From NCBI GenBank assembly GCA_964234715.1, contig OZ174283.1: 64,000 nucleotides of DNA, one strand, 5' to 3'. Positions 1 to 11,795 of the stretch are shown one piece after another. Each line of letters opens with the position of its first letter. Position 1 is the stretch's first letter. The translations under genes were made by a program, and so were the position numbers. This DNA is from Podarcis melisellensis (taxonomy: Eukaryota). The notes under the pieces are model-generated. The model ran no database searches. It was given only the letters and a program-made list of their open reading frames with translations, and was not told the DNA's origin.

Positions 1-221
1 TTGTTTCGGAACATGCAAATTAGGTAAGTTCAGCCTTAAATGCAAAGTGAATAAAAGTTCTCACACCCCTACCTGTCACACAAGGTGGGCAGACCATTTT
101 AGCTCAGCAATGTACCAATACTTAAAGATCTATCAGTTGAAAAGACACCAATCCAAGGCATGTAAGAAACTGAATCAATTGGGTATAAAGCTGGATAAAC
201 CTGTAAGAAATCACAGTAACT

Positions 222-468
222 AAGGGTTGCCATATTTTTTTAAAAAAATGAAAATCTGGACACAAACATTGCTTTTCTTTTTTCAAAATCTGGAAAAAAA
301 TGAAGTTTTTGAGCTATTTTTAAGGAAGTTTGCCAAAATATAGACTTTCGACATGGGTTGCCATGCATCTGGGTGTTCCTGGATGTTTCAGTTATTTTTG
401 CCTGAACTCTGTTTTCAACTGCTGTATTCCAGCTATATCCGAGAAATTCTGGACATATGGCAGCCCTA
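222..468. mobile_element. hAT-type MITE
   Basis: Termini AGGGTTGCCATAT / ATATGGCAGCCCT; 8-bp TSD CAGTAACT/TAGTAACT. Confidence 0.75.
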
Positions 469-1504
469 TAGTAACTTCTTAGAGGTTGGCACCTGTAGTC
501 TTATGTATAATCTGAACCTATAGGCAGAAATGTCTATATGTTATATTTTCCAGGCAGCCATAGAGCCTTCCTATCATTCTTCATATAGCGACTGAGCTTC
601 ACTAGACCTTTACCAGCTATGTAGATCTTGTCTGTAGTATCCCATGGGTTTGAGAAGGGTGCTTGCCATATGGGGAAACCTTGCAACGAGTCTACCCTAT
701 TTTATTCTTATTTTTAATTTAAAAATATTTATATACCACTATATCATTAGAAATATATAGCTCAAAGTGGTTTACAGCAATAAAACATGTTATTGTAAGA
801 CTAATCCCAGGAAGCAGCAGGAAAACTGATATTTGCAACTCAGAATAGCAGATGGGATGATTTCGTCAAGACACTGCTGGGGGTTAGACTAGATGGCCCT
901 CAGGGTCCCTTCCGACTCAACAATTCTAGGATTCTATGACTTCCCAGTACACAGGCAAGACTAATATTCTAATTAGTTCTCTTTGCACTGTGGAGGAAAC
1001 CACACCCAGAGAGGAGAGGGGAGCTTCTATCGCAGACCAGGCACATATCTTAAAGAGACGGGGCAGTCTTCATTCACTAGCTGCAAGCAGATGGTGCTGC
1101 GCAATGTAGCCCAAAGGTAGTTTCTAAACATAGGATTGATATATTGTTTGTAAAGTCTAAAACAGACTATAGAAACCAGACATTTTTTTAAAAAAATAAA
1201 AGATTAGAGGACCAGCAACAACATTTATTTATTTATTTTGAATATTTTTATTAGGGATTTCAACATAACAATTTATCAAGAACACATCCTCATTTTTTCC
1301 CATTTCCCCCCTCCCCCCCAAAAAAAACCCCTCCCACTCACCCCCCAGACTTCCCTCAGCTCCTCTCTCTGGTTTTTCAGCACATGTTATTCTCTGCATG
1401 TTATAAAATTGTAAAGATCCTTAATTTATCTACCTATATATCACCAATAAAAAGTTTGTGAATGTTTATTCAAAACCTGCCAAGGAGTCCGGTTCATTTT
1501 GTTA

Positions 1505-1670
1505 CAACATCATTTATATGCTGCCCATCTGACTGGGTTGCCCCAGCCACGCTGGGCGGCTTCGAACAAATTATAAAACCACAGTAAAACATCAAATTTT
1601 AAAGGGCTGCTCTGACAGGATTGTGTTCACCAGGACAGGTGAAAATGCTGAGAAGGCCCTCTGCCTGTTC
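1505..1670 (-). mobile_element. L2 LINE 3' end fragment (an L1-like 3' fragment probably precedes it at ~1225-1500)
   Basis: Reverse complement of the GCCGCCCAGAGTGGCTGGGG...CAGATGGGC tail and CAGGCAGAGGGCCTTCTC seen in other L2 copies. Confidence 0.65.
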
Positions 1671-2182
1671 ACAAGGGGGTGCAGTATGTAGGAAAGAGGA
1701 GATACCCCCCCCCCCAGCTAGCAGTTGGGTGCCCAAATGTCAACAGAAGACAGTCCTCTGTTTTATTTGAAGGTGTCTGCCCTTTGATAGCTGTCCAGTC
1801 CAAGTCTGGTTTACCCATCTGGAACAATAGAAAGGGAGAAGAGGAGCCATGAAGTTGCCCATTCCAGTCAGGAGCACCAGGTCAGCAGACTGAGCAGGCA
1901 CACAAGCCATAGTCTTCCCCACTATGATGAGACACATTGTATTTCTATTTTAATTATAGCAATTATTTCCAAATTTGCATTTATACATATAATTTATCCC
2001 GTGCAAATTTCGGGCAAATTGGTGTTCTCTCTTGTCCTTGTTTGTTTGTTTGTTTGTTTGAGAAGATGCAAATCTTCTTTTTTGGCAATGCAAAACTGGC
2101 CACTCTAGATGACTGAGCATTGCAAGGCAGTGCATAGATCACAAGAACGTGCCTGACACTGATCCACCTCTAGCTCATTTGG

Positions 2183-2602
2183 TAGTGATGTACGGAAGTG
2201 AGAGCTGGACCATAAAGAAGGCCGATCGCTGAAGAAGTGATGCTTTTGAATGATGGTGCTGGAGGAGACTCTTGAGAGTCCCATGGACTGCAAGAAGATC
2301 AAACCTCTCCATTCTTAAGAAAATCAGCCCTGAGTGCTCACTGGAAGGACAGATCATGACGCTGAGGCTCCAATACTTTGGCCACCTCCTGAGAACAGAA
2401 GACTCCCTGGAAAAGACCCTGATGTTGGGGAAGATGGAGGGCACAAGGAGAAGGGGACAACAGAGGATGAGATGGTTGGACAGTGTTCTCAAAGCTACCA
2501 GCATGAGTCTGACCAAACTGCTGGAGACAGTGGAAGACAGGAGTGCCTGGCGTGCTCTGGTCCATGGGGTCACGAGAAGTTGGACACGACTAAACAACAA
2601 CT
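2183..2602 (+). mobile_element. Bov-B (RTE clade) LINE, 5'-truncated 3' end
   Basis: Peptide LRVPWTARRSNLSILK...LQYFGHL...DSLEKTLMLGKMEG...VHGVTRSWTRL; tail CGACTAAACAACAAC; 10-bp TSD GCTCATTTGG; inserted in an older tRNA-SINE. Confidence 0.92.
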
Positions 2603-3579
2603 GCTCATTTGGGGGGCAACTCAAACATTCCAGCATTTCAAACAGGGGTATCTCCCAGCCCTAGGAGGAGATGCCCAGGATTGAAGTTGGGCTCCTCTAG
2701 ATGGAAAACCGCCACCATTGGCTTATGGCTCTTCTCCTTTGTAGAGTGCTTGAGTACAATGTGCTTGAGTACACACCATACAATTGTATACAGCTCTTCA
2801 GTCTGTCCTCACAGTAGCTAGCTAGCCAGCAGCCATGTACCTCTGCCTCTCCCAGCACCTCATGCTGCCCACCACCAAAGATGTGAGCCCGTGGTTCACT
2901 GCTCAGTAGTGGCAGCTTCTTCCTACATGCCACATGTCCCCTGTGAGCTACTGCTGTGATGGGAAGGCAGCCGATAGAGAGAGGGCCTCAAGGATGCTCT
3001 CATCTGATACTTGCAGGCCTTTCAACATTTTAACTTTTTACTATCTTCATTTTAGTTGAAAATTAAAGGATAAAATTGAATAATGGTGTGTCTGTGGATA
3101 GTCACGGCCCATTAACGAGGGTTTTTCTCTTTATGCGTTGTTATGAAGTTTGAATAATTGTCTTGGTGGACACTGAATGCTTAGTATGTGTTTAATTATG
3201 AAGAAGCCATCAATCATTTTCTCCTGGATCCTGTTTTGCAGCAAAGTGGTTTTAATAAATGCTATGAGTGCGCTGGCAAGTTTGTAAAAGTTTCATTTCA
3301 GTTATATATGTTTTTGTACCCTCGGTGCAAGATGCAAATTACAACCGTTGAGACTGTGTTGTTACATTAAATGTCTCTCCATCTTCCATCCTTCCAACAG
3401 TGCCTCTTTAGCAGGTGAAGTCCCTCATTCCTCATTTCCCCCCACAATGTTTACAGATTTCAGGTACATACTGGGTTTCTCTTGAAAGTTGCAAACTGTA
3501 ATTAAGAGGCTTATATGCTTGAAAATGCCCTCATATACAACTCTGCAAGACTGCAAAATTCTGGAATTGTTAGTGCATA

Positions 3580-3930
3580 GGGATGCGGGTGGCGCTGTGG
3601 GTTAAACCACAGAGCCTAGGACTTGCCGATCAGAAGGTTGGAGGTTCGAATCCCCGTGACGGGGTGAGCTCCTGTTGCTCAGTCCCTGCTCCTGCCAATC
3701 TAGCAGTTTGAAAGCACGTCAAAGTGCAAGTAGATAAATAGGTACCACTCCGGCGGGAAGGTAAACAGCATTTCCATGTGCTGCTCTGGTTCACCAGAAG
3801 CAGCTTAGTCATGCTGGCCACATGACCTGGAAGCTGTCTGCGGACAAACGCTGGCTCCCTCAGCCAGTAAAACGAGATGAGTGCGCAACTCAGAGTTGGT
3901 CATGACTGGACCTAATGGTCAGGGGTCCCT
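3580..3930 (+). mobile_element. Sauria SINE
   Basis: GGGATGCGGGTGGCGCTGTGGGTTAAACCACAGAGCCTAGG head, GGTTCGAATCC B box, AAGTAGATAAATAGGTACC core. Confidence 0.9.
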
Positions 3931-4651
3931 AGGTCAAAACCTAGTTGGAACCCTAGGTCAAAACCAACTCAGAGGAAAAGTCTCCATTTTAAGAAACAAT
4001 CATTGCAGGGCTAGCAAAGTATTGCCCTGCAGATGGCATCTTCCTATGCCATTAACCATGTTGGCTACCACTGATGGAAGTTACAATCCAAAACTACTGA
4101 AGGAACCCATGCTGGCTACTCCTAAAATAATACATTCTTGGGTAGTAAGGAGGTGTGCCTCGTCAAATATGTAGTTTCTTTAGAATCTGGGTTGTTGTTT
4201 TTTTCAACAAAAAAACCCAACCCATGAAAACAAAACTTTCCCTCATTTTCCTTTTGATTCCCCACCCTGCTACAACCCCGTGTCTTTGGGGAAGAAGGTT
4301 ATTATAAAGATGGTCACTCTGCAGCTTCAGGCATCCACTGGGCAGCTCTGTGCTTTAGGTATGCTGTTGCAGTTTTGGACATTTGCCAGTCTTGCTTTTC
4401 ATCTGATCTGGTCACTTAAATGTTTAATGTTACAAGACTGACATTATGGTGGGAAACTTGGGAGGTTTTGTCATCAGGGCAGATTTCGGAGAATGCAATA
4501 GTCAGCTTGGGGAGATGCTTTACTGCCTTAGATGCACTCTGTAGAAACCCAGCTGTTCTCCTTTCTATTTTAGCCTTTTCTCTTTTATATATTGCATGTA
4601 TATATTTCCCAATTAGTACTTGTGGTCATTGTTAGGTTATTGGAAGACTAT

Positions 4652-4652
<1 letters not shown>

Positions 4653-4692
<40 letters not shown>
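4653..4692. repeat. (AAT)n microsatellite
   Basis: Seen directly. Confidence 0.95.
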
Positions 4693-4693
<1 letters not shown>

Positions 4694-6244
4694 TTTACTG
4701 CTTTGCATTTCTTGTTCCAAAATTTGCAGTCTCGCTGCGGAAGAAGCATTTTGTCTGCAGTGTACACCTCATCCAATTATTTTCCTCTTTCCATGCCAGT
4801 GGTTACATAGTTTCTCAGTTCAACAAGGATATAAACTATGCTGCTTTCGTACCTAGTTATGCATTTGTTTAACATATATTTAGTCCCAACACCAGTACAA
4901 AACACAGAGGCGACAGAGCGCCCCTGCCCAGACATTTTATGAGCTACTATAAACTACCTGTAGTTCAATCCAGCAAAGGAGAGCTAATTGTAGAGTCATG
5001 CTTATTTTCCTTTTATTAAAAATATTAATATTAAATTTATTAATATTATATTACTACACTTTGCAGCCAAGATCATTATACATCGAACAAGCTTGCTTGT
5101 AGAGTGCAAACCACTGACGTGAATGTGAGTGCATAACAGCAACACTGTCACAATTGTCATCTGCGTCTCAATATATAAAATAAAATAAAAGTGATAATAA
5201 TTAATAATGATGATGATGATGATGGGATCTCTCTTGGGACCACTACATATTTCATGAAACTAGTAGTGTGGATGACTACAACAGCTAGTCACTGCAGTCT
5301 GCAATGTCTTTGAAATGGACGTCTATAGTTTATGTTTTGAGTTTGGAATATTAAAAGCTCAACTATAATTTACTTCAAAGCATAAATCATTAAAGTTGGG
5401 GGGGGTAAACTAAGGAGTAGTTTTTACAAGATGAAAGTTTAAATGTATTGTTGCCATAAAGTATCCTCCACTAATTATCCAATTTCTTTAATGATTTGCG
5501 TGCTTTAGAACTGCTTAAAATTTTCATCAAACTTTGGTTTAAATAAATGATAGATCAAGTCAAATTGATGAAGTAAATTCACTACTAGATGCTTTTGGAT
5601 GTTGAGTAATTTTTTATCCAAGACATAAAAGTAATTGTGTAATTAGGATGAAATGTATCACTTCTGTAAGGGGGTTTCTTTCTTTTAGAATGCTAAATTA
5701 ATTTCTTCTTCCTCCTTTTCTTCCCATATTATTGCCTACATTATATGTGTCTTTCCCATCCATCCCACTTTGTGGCTAACAGCAGCTTCAGGATGAAAAG
5801 ATTTAGATTGGAGCTGTGATGTAAGGGGAAGAATTACATCACCTCCCAAGACAGTGGTGTCAATCCAAGTTTGGTACCAGTGCAGCTACTTTTAAAGGAG
5901 AAAAGAAGATGCCAAGAGAGCCAATCAGATTGACAAATCCATACAGCTTCCTATAGCTCATGGATGCTCTTTATATCCATGGGCTTCGTGTATGACAGTC
6001 TCCTGGTGGGTTGTGTGCTGAATCACTCAGGCTGGAACTACTACACTTTGTGCTTTTGTGGAAGGGTCGTAGCTCAACAGAGGGGCCCCAGCTTTGTACG
6101 CAGGTCCAATCCTTGGTGACTTCAGGTAGGGGTGGGAACACTGCCTGGAATACAGGAGAGACACTGCCAGTCAGTGTAGACTAGTATTTACTTGTGTTCT
6201 TCAATCCTGGTTCCCCATAAATTGCTGGATCATCCCTGAATATT

Positions 6245-6590
6245 TGTTGTAGTCCTGTACTGCCAGCCACAGTAGAGTTCAGTGGAGGGAGAAGCCACCC
6301 AGCCAAGTCTCAGGGGGGTACTTGCCTGGAGGCAGAGTCTGTATACAAGGTCCAGTCCAGTCCTAAGGTCAAGAGTATCTCAGTTCACATAGGAAGATGA
6401 TCCAGGAGTCAAGAAAGCCAAAGGTCCAAGGTTACAAGAAGCAGCAAGATCTGATCAGGAACGACGAATGTTGTTTCCAGCAACTGACTGAGGCTGGAAA
6501 CCATGCTTAAGAAAGCTGGAGACAGCTAGTTCTCATCAAGACCAAGAAGGCTGATCAGCAGCAGGTGAAGCAAATTCCTGGCCCATGACA
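6245..6590. mobile_element. Solo LTR-like element nested in a hAT MITE
   Basis: TGTTGT...ATGACA termini and perfect 5-bp TSD ATATT; removing it restores the MITE sequence CATCCCTGAATATTGGC. Confidence 0.75.
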
Positions 6591-6674
6591 ATATTGGCTA
6601 AACTTGCTAGGAATGATTGGAGTTGTAATCCAACAATATCTGGGGACCCAAGGCTGAAGAACACTAGTGTAGAC

Positions 6675-6810
6675 CAGTGTTTCCCAACCTTGTGCCTCCA
6701 GCTGTTTTTGAACTACAACTCCCATCATCCCTGACTAGCAAGACCAGTGGCAAGGGATGATGGGAATTGTAGTCCAAAAACAGCTGGAGGCACAAGGTTG
6801 GGAAACACTG
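6675..6810. mobile_element. hAT (Charlie/Buster-like) MITE
   Basis: Long perfect TIR CAGTGTTTCCCAACCTTGTGCCTCCAGCTGTTTT. Confidence 0.88.
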
Positions 6811-8131
6811 ACAATACAAAGCTACAAGGCCCAATGGTCTAACTCATTATGAGGCAGCTTCCTATGATGGGGGTGCTGGTAAAATGGCACCCTTGCATCT
6901 AGTTCTCCCCCTCTTCTCCATATAATGTTTCTTCATCTCTGCTGAAAGTCATTGACTGCCACTGGTACCAGGGCAAAATGACATGCCATCCTGGGGTAAG
7001 CATTCCTTCACAGTACAGAAGAAAGGAGAAGGACTGAGCACAGCTGCCATTTTGAAACAACCCCAGTGGTTTACCTAATGTGATACCTAACAAGAAACCT
7101 GGGCCTGAGTGATAACATTACAAGCACCTGTGTTGATAGGTCTTTTATGATCGATTGGCTTAATTAAAACTGTTATTCTTACAGCTTGTTTTTACTGAGT
7201 TTCCGTGAAGGCTTACCAAACACAATAATTAAAAACCTTCCAACTTGCTAGAGGGCTTAATTGAAAATTCATTGTATCTGTTACACAATGAGAAAACTCT
7301 AGAAAGGTATTTGTATGTGGCAGAAAGTTAACATTATCTGATAAATATCGCCTTGAAGGTCTAAAATGTCCCCTCCCCTTATGTATTATATTTATTACAA
7401 GAGACTAAGAGTACAGGTGACCTTATGGCTATTTTGTGGGTGGTTTTTAGAGGAGAATATTGTGGAATGGTGGTGTGGGAGAGAGAACTATAGGAAGGTT
7501 TTAAGTTCCTCCTCTAAGTCTAATTGCTACTTCAAGGGCAAACGTAGGCGTGCTGTGGCCAAAAATGATAGTCATGCACCAAACTCCCCCTTCTCCCTCT
7601 GTTGCATCTATTACAGCTCAATAAGAACCAACTTATACAATGTCAGACTAATGGTCCATTGCTTAGGTGGACTGGCAGCCACTCTCCACGGTTTCAGACA
7701 GTATTTTTCAGCCTACCTGAAGATGCTGGGAATTGACTCCTTGCATTCTACATGCAAAGCAGATGTTCTGCCGTTGTGTGTGTGTTTAATTCAGCATGTC
7801 CCCAGGAAACTGCATAGGACAGCGTTCTCAGATCTTACCTGTGTGCTGGCATTGTGACAATATGCATTGCCTGCAGCAACCAACGATAGCTTGAAGACTG
7901 GAGTGAGACAGCAGCATTCTCAGACAGGTGTGGACATCATGGTTGCCCAGATTATCAAGCAAGATGATTGTGGGTTGCAGAAGATAGTGCTTTATTTCAA
8001 GGGCTGTCCAGCCCAAGTAAATATGAAGAACTGTAAGAAAGAAGGCTGCCCATCCATTGTTAACACCTGGACACTAAGCGGATACACAGCTTGCCTGGTC
8101 ACAGTCTTTCCCACTATGGTGAGATGTAGAC

Positions 8132-8266
8132 CAGTGTTTCCCAACCTTGGGTCTCTAGCTGGTTTTGGACTACAACTCCCATCATCCCTAGTAGCAATAC
8201 CATTGGTCAGGGATGATGGGAATTGTAGTCCGAAAACAGCTGGGGACCCAAGGCTGGGAAACACTG
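8132..8266. mobile_element. hAT (Charlie/Buster-like) MITE
   Basis: TIR CAGTGTTTCCCA; perfect 8-bp TSD ATGTAGAC. Confidence 0.92.
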
Positions 8267-8614
8267 ATGTAGACCATACTGGTTTTGAACAAGAGTCAGC
8301 TTGTATCTGTAGCATCTGAAAGCAGCCAAATCTGTTTCAGATCCATGGAGTTCTAATTCAAGTCATTATTCTGTTCCAAATTTGATCTCTTAAATCTGGA
8401 GCTCTGCTTCAGGCTATAATGGGAATTTTAAAATGGCTATAAACTTGCTCCTTTTCAAATGGATGAAATAGGCAGGCTAAGGAGCACCTCCTGAGTGGAT
8501 TATAGCTACCATATTTTGGACAGATTCATCCAGGGCTCTTCATGCAGGAAACCTTTAAAGTTTATTTAAAGACTAAAAATAAAAAGTCTTTAACTTTTTT
8601 TCATTTTCTGTCAT

Positions 8615-8966
8615 TTGTTGTTTAGTCGTTTAGTTGTGTCCGACTCTTCGTGACCCCATGGACCAGAGCACACCAGGCACTCCTGTCTTCCACTGCCTCC
8701 CGCAGTTTGGTCAAACTCATGTTGGTAGCTTCAAGAACACTGTCCAGACATCTCGTCCTCTGTCATCCCCTTCTCCTTGTGCCCTCCATCTTTCCCAGCA
8801 TCAGGGTCTTTTCCAGGGAGTCTCCTCTTCTCATGAGGTGGCCAAAGTATTGGAGCCTCAGCTTCAGGATCTGTCCTTCCAGTAAGCACTCAGGGCTGAT
8901 TTCCTTCAGAATGGATAGGTTTGATCTTCTTGCAGTCCATGGGACTCTCAAGAGTCTCCTCCAGCA
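8615..8966 (-). mobile_element. Bov-B (RTE clade) LINE 3' end
   Basis: Near-identical reverse complement of the 2183-2602 copy; CATTTGT on both flanks. Confidence 0.92.
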
Positions 8967-10615
8967 TTTGTGTGGGGATGAAGCCTGACAAGGTTCAGAA
9001 AGATAGGAGGAATGGTTCTCCCACAAGGGCAAACATTACCATTAATGGGTGGTAAAACAGAAATTACATTCCATCCCCTAACTGCTTTTCTCGGGGGGGG
9101 GGGCAATCAGTTTGGAAACTGGGTACATAAAGTAGGTGTCGTTGGGGAATAAGCCTGCCAATGTTCATACAAATAGGTCCAGGGACTAGCCTTCTCGGTG
9201 GCTGGGGTAACACAGCAGATGGGTGGCATATAACTAATCAAATGATGATGAAGGTGGTGCACCTTGCAGAATTGAATCTCAACTCCCCCTCTCCACCAGG
9301 CCTCCTTGAAACCTGTCCCCAAGGCCCTGTTGCCGTGGCAACCTCCCAGGCCTACTTCCATACAGGCACAGCCTCCACAGCAAGACCTGGGCCAAGCCAA
9401 GGCTCTACTGGCTGGAGCTCCTGGCTCACTTCTCCGCAACCAAGGTATGGCTCCTCTGGGAGTGCAGACTCCTGCAGCCCAGCTGTGGCTGCTTCTATGA
9501 GGCCTGGGCAGCTGCCATGGCAATGGGACCTTAGAAGAATGGACGCCTGGTGTGGAGGGGGGAGTAGCAAGGCGCTCCTTCGCAAATGCCTTTGGTGTGT
9601 GGAAGGTACTTGTAAAGCTGGTGGGAAGGTGTCTTTCATTTTTTGTCTTCTTATTCTGTTTCCTTTGTTTTTTATAAAAAAAATCTTACATTAAAAATAA
9701 AAGCTCCTAGCGATACTGTGGGGAAGGTCAATCTCCACTGTGACTGGGGAGCTAGAACCCTGAGCTTGCCCATGACAAGGAAACAAAGAAATGAATATTT
9801 ATACCAGTGGAAATAATGGTAGCATCATACTATCCACAAGCCCAACTCACTTAAACTATTTTCTTTCCATGCTGAATGCTTTGAAATCTGTTTGACCAAA
9901 GGCAATAATGAGACCAAAGAAATGAGCTTGTTTTTCACAGGCATCGATGGATGGTTCTGTTCTACCATCCAACTCTCTTAAAAGTCATTGTTCATCTCTA
10001 GCCTTTATGCTCCCAAAATGTAAATTTCAATGTAGACATGAACAATGCTCTAAGACTGCAACACTACAGCATGGAGACTTTTCCTGAGGGGAAATAACCC
10101 TATTATTTACTCATTGGTGTACAATAGCTCCTGCAGAGTCAATGCAAACTAATGGGAAGATACAATCAATTGCATTTAGAAAGGTTGAATTCTCTCTCCC
10201 CCTCCTACCGCCGCCACCCTGAAGCCTTTCATTATACCATGAATCATCTCCTTGTGTCTAGTAGTCATTGCACTCATATTCTAAGAGTGCAGATTTGCAT
10301 GCTTCATCCAGGATGTATTGCAACTGAGAAGAACAAGCCAAATCACATTATAGTTCATCTCACTAGAACATTGTTAATACCTTCATCAACATTTAAGTAC
10401 CTTGGCACGAATTCCTCAGTAATGGTAGCCCTTAGGTAAGCAAGAAGTGTTAAATGCCATCACAAGTTCTCTACTTTTCTTCAAGATCACATGCCTATGT
10501 GTTTTTTTTCTTAGACACATATTCTACTTTAGTTAAACCTAACCAGCAAGCTAACGAAAGAGTAGAAAAAGAGGAGGATTAAAACTCCCCATCTAAGAGC
10601 ACAATCCTATCCTGG

Positions 10616-11175
10616 TGTCAGGAGCAAGCAGGCAGCAAATCACACCGTGCAAGTAGGAAAGAACTCTTTATTAGCAAGAACATGATCTGCACAGACTTGG
10701 TGGAGTGTCAGGCCTAAGAAGCACAGCAGCTTATCCCTAGTAGATCTTGCCCCATGGATCAGTTGCTGAGATTGAAAATCCCTCTTGCAAATTAACAGGC
10801 TGAAAGGAAAATACCACGCTGTTGCATGAGAAGAACAAAGGAACATTTATTGTTTTTGCTGACCAGACAGACAGGCTCAGTGGATTAATCTCCAAAGGAC
10901 TGAGCACCCTTCCAAAGAAGGGGGCTTCCTAATATACATTTCCCTTATCTGTTAAGACTGTACATATGTATGGATTACCTTCCAATCATTTGGGATAACG
11001 CCCAACTATGATTCCACATAAGGGCTCTGGTTAATTGCATATTAATTAAGCAAGCAAGCAAAGGACTCCCATGCAGCAACGTGGGCCTCTTCTGTATTAT
11101 GCATACACTCTGATGTGTGGTAGATAAGATCAGGCCATTCCTGGTACCTTTAAGGACAGAATGTCTCCTGATACA
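10616..11175 (-). mobile_element. Probable solo LTR
   Basis: TGTCAGGAG...CTCCTGATACA inverted termini; minus-strand AATAAA near 10846; TSD only imperfect. Confidence 0.5.
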
Positions 11176-11442
11176 ATGGGACAACTCTTTGGTGCAAGAT
11201 TAGCCGCAGGTCTCTAATTGCCGCATCCCCACCTCCCCACACCCATCTTAAGTCCCCTCCTCTCCAGGGTTTTCCCCAAGCCCTGTCACCTCTCCAGCTT
11301 CAGACACCTCCTCTTCCTAGTCTTACCCTCTGACCGCTCACTGTCATCTCACCCCCACTCCCCAGGCTCTGAGCCTTCTTGCCTCGGTGGTTCCCCAGCT
11401 GATTCCTCCCACCACTGCTCTGCATCCAACCAGTCCCAAAAC

Positions 11443-11795
11443 GGCCTCGGCCCAGTATATCCGAAGGAGTGTCTCCACCCCCATCATTCTGCCCAGACAC
11501 TGAGGTCTAGCACCAAGGGCCTCCTGGCGGTTCCCTCACTACAAGAAGCAAAGCTACAGGGAACCAGGCAGAGGGCCTTCTCGGTAGTGGTGCCAGCCCT
11601 GTGGAATGCCCTCCCATCAGATGTCAAAGAGATAAACAACTACCTGACATTTAGAAGACTTCTGAAGGCAGCCCTGTTCAGGGAAGTTTTTAATGTGTGA
11701 CATTTTAATGTATTTTTAATCTTTGTTGGAAGCCGCCCAGAGTGGCTGGGGAAACTCAGCCAGATGGGCGGGGTGCAAATAATAAATTATCATTA
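11443..11795 (+). mobile_element. L2 LINE 3' end
   Basis: Peptide [40 protein letters not shown] plus conserved 3' UTR and short-repeat tail. Confidence 0.85.

Noticed and set aside
3630-3821. Recurrent MASMTK...EPPTF ORF at several loci
   Set aside because: Translation of Sauria SINE sequence.
9107-9694. GC-rich ORF cluster (up to 177 aa)
   Set aside because: No recognisable protein or splice structure; starts in an L2 tail and is probably an unclassified repeat.
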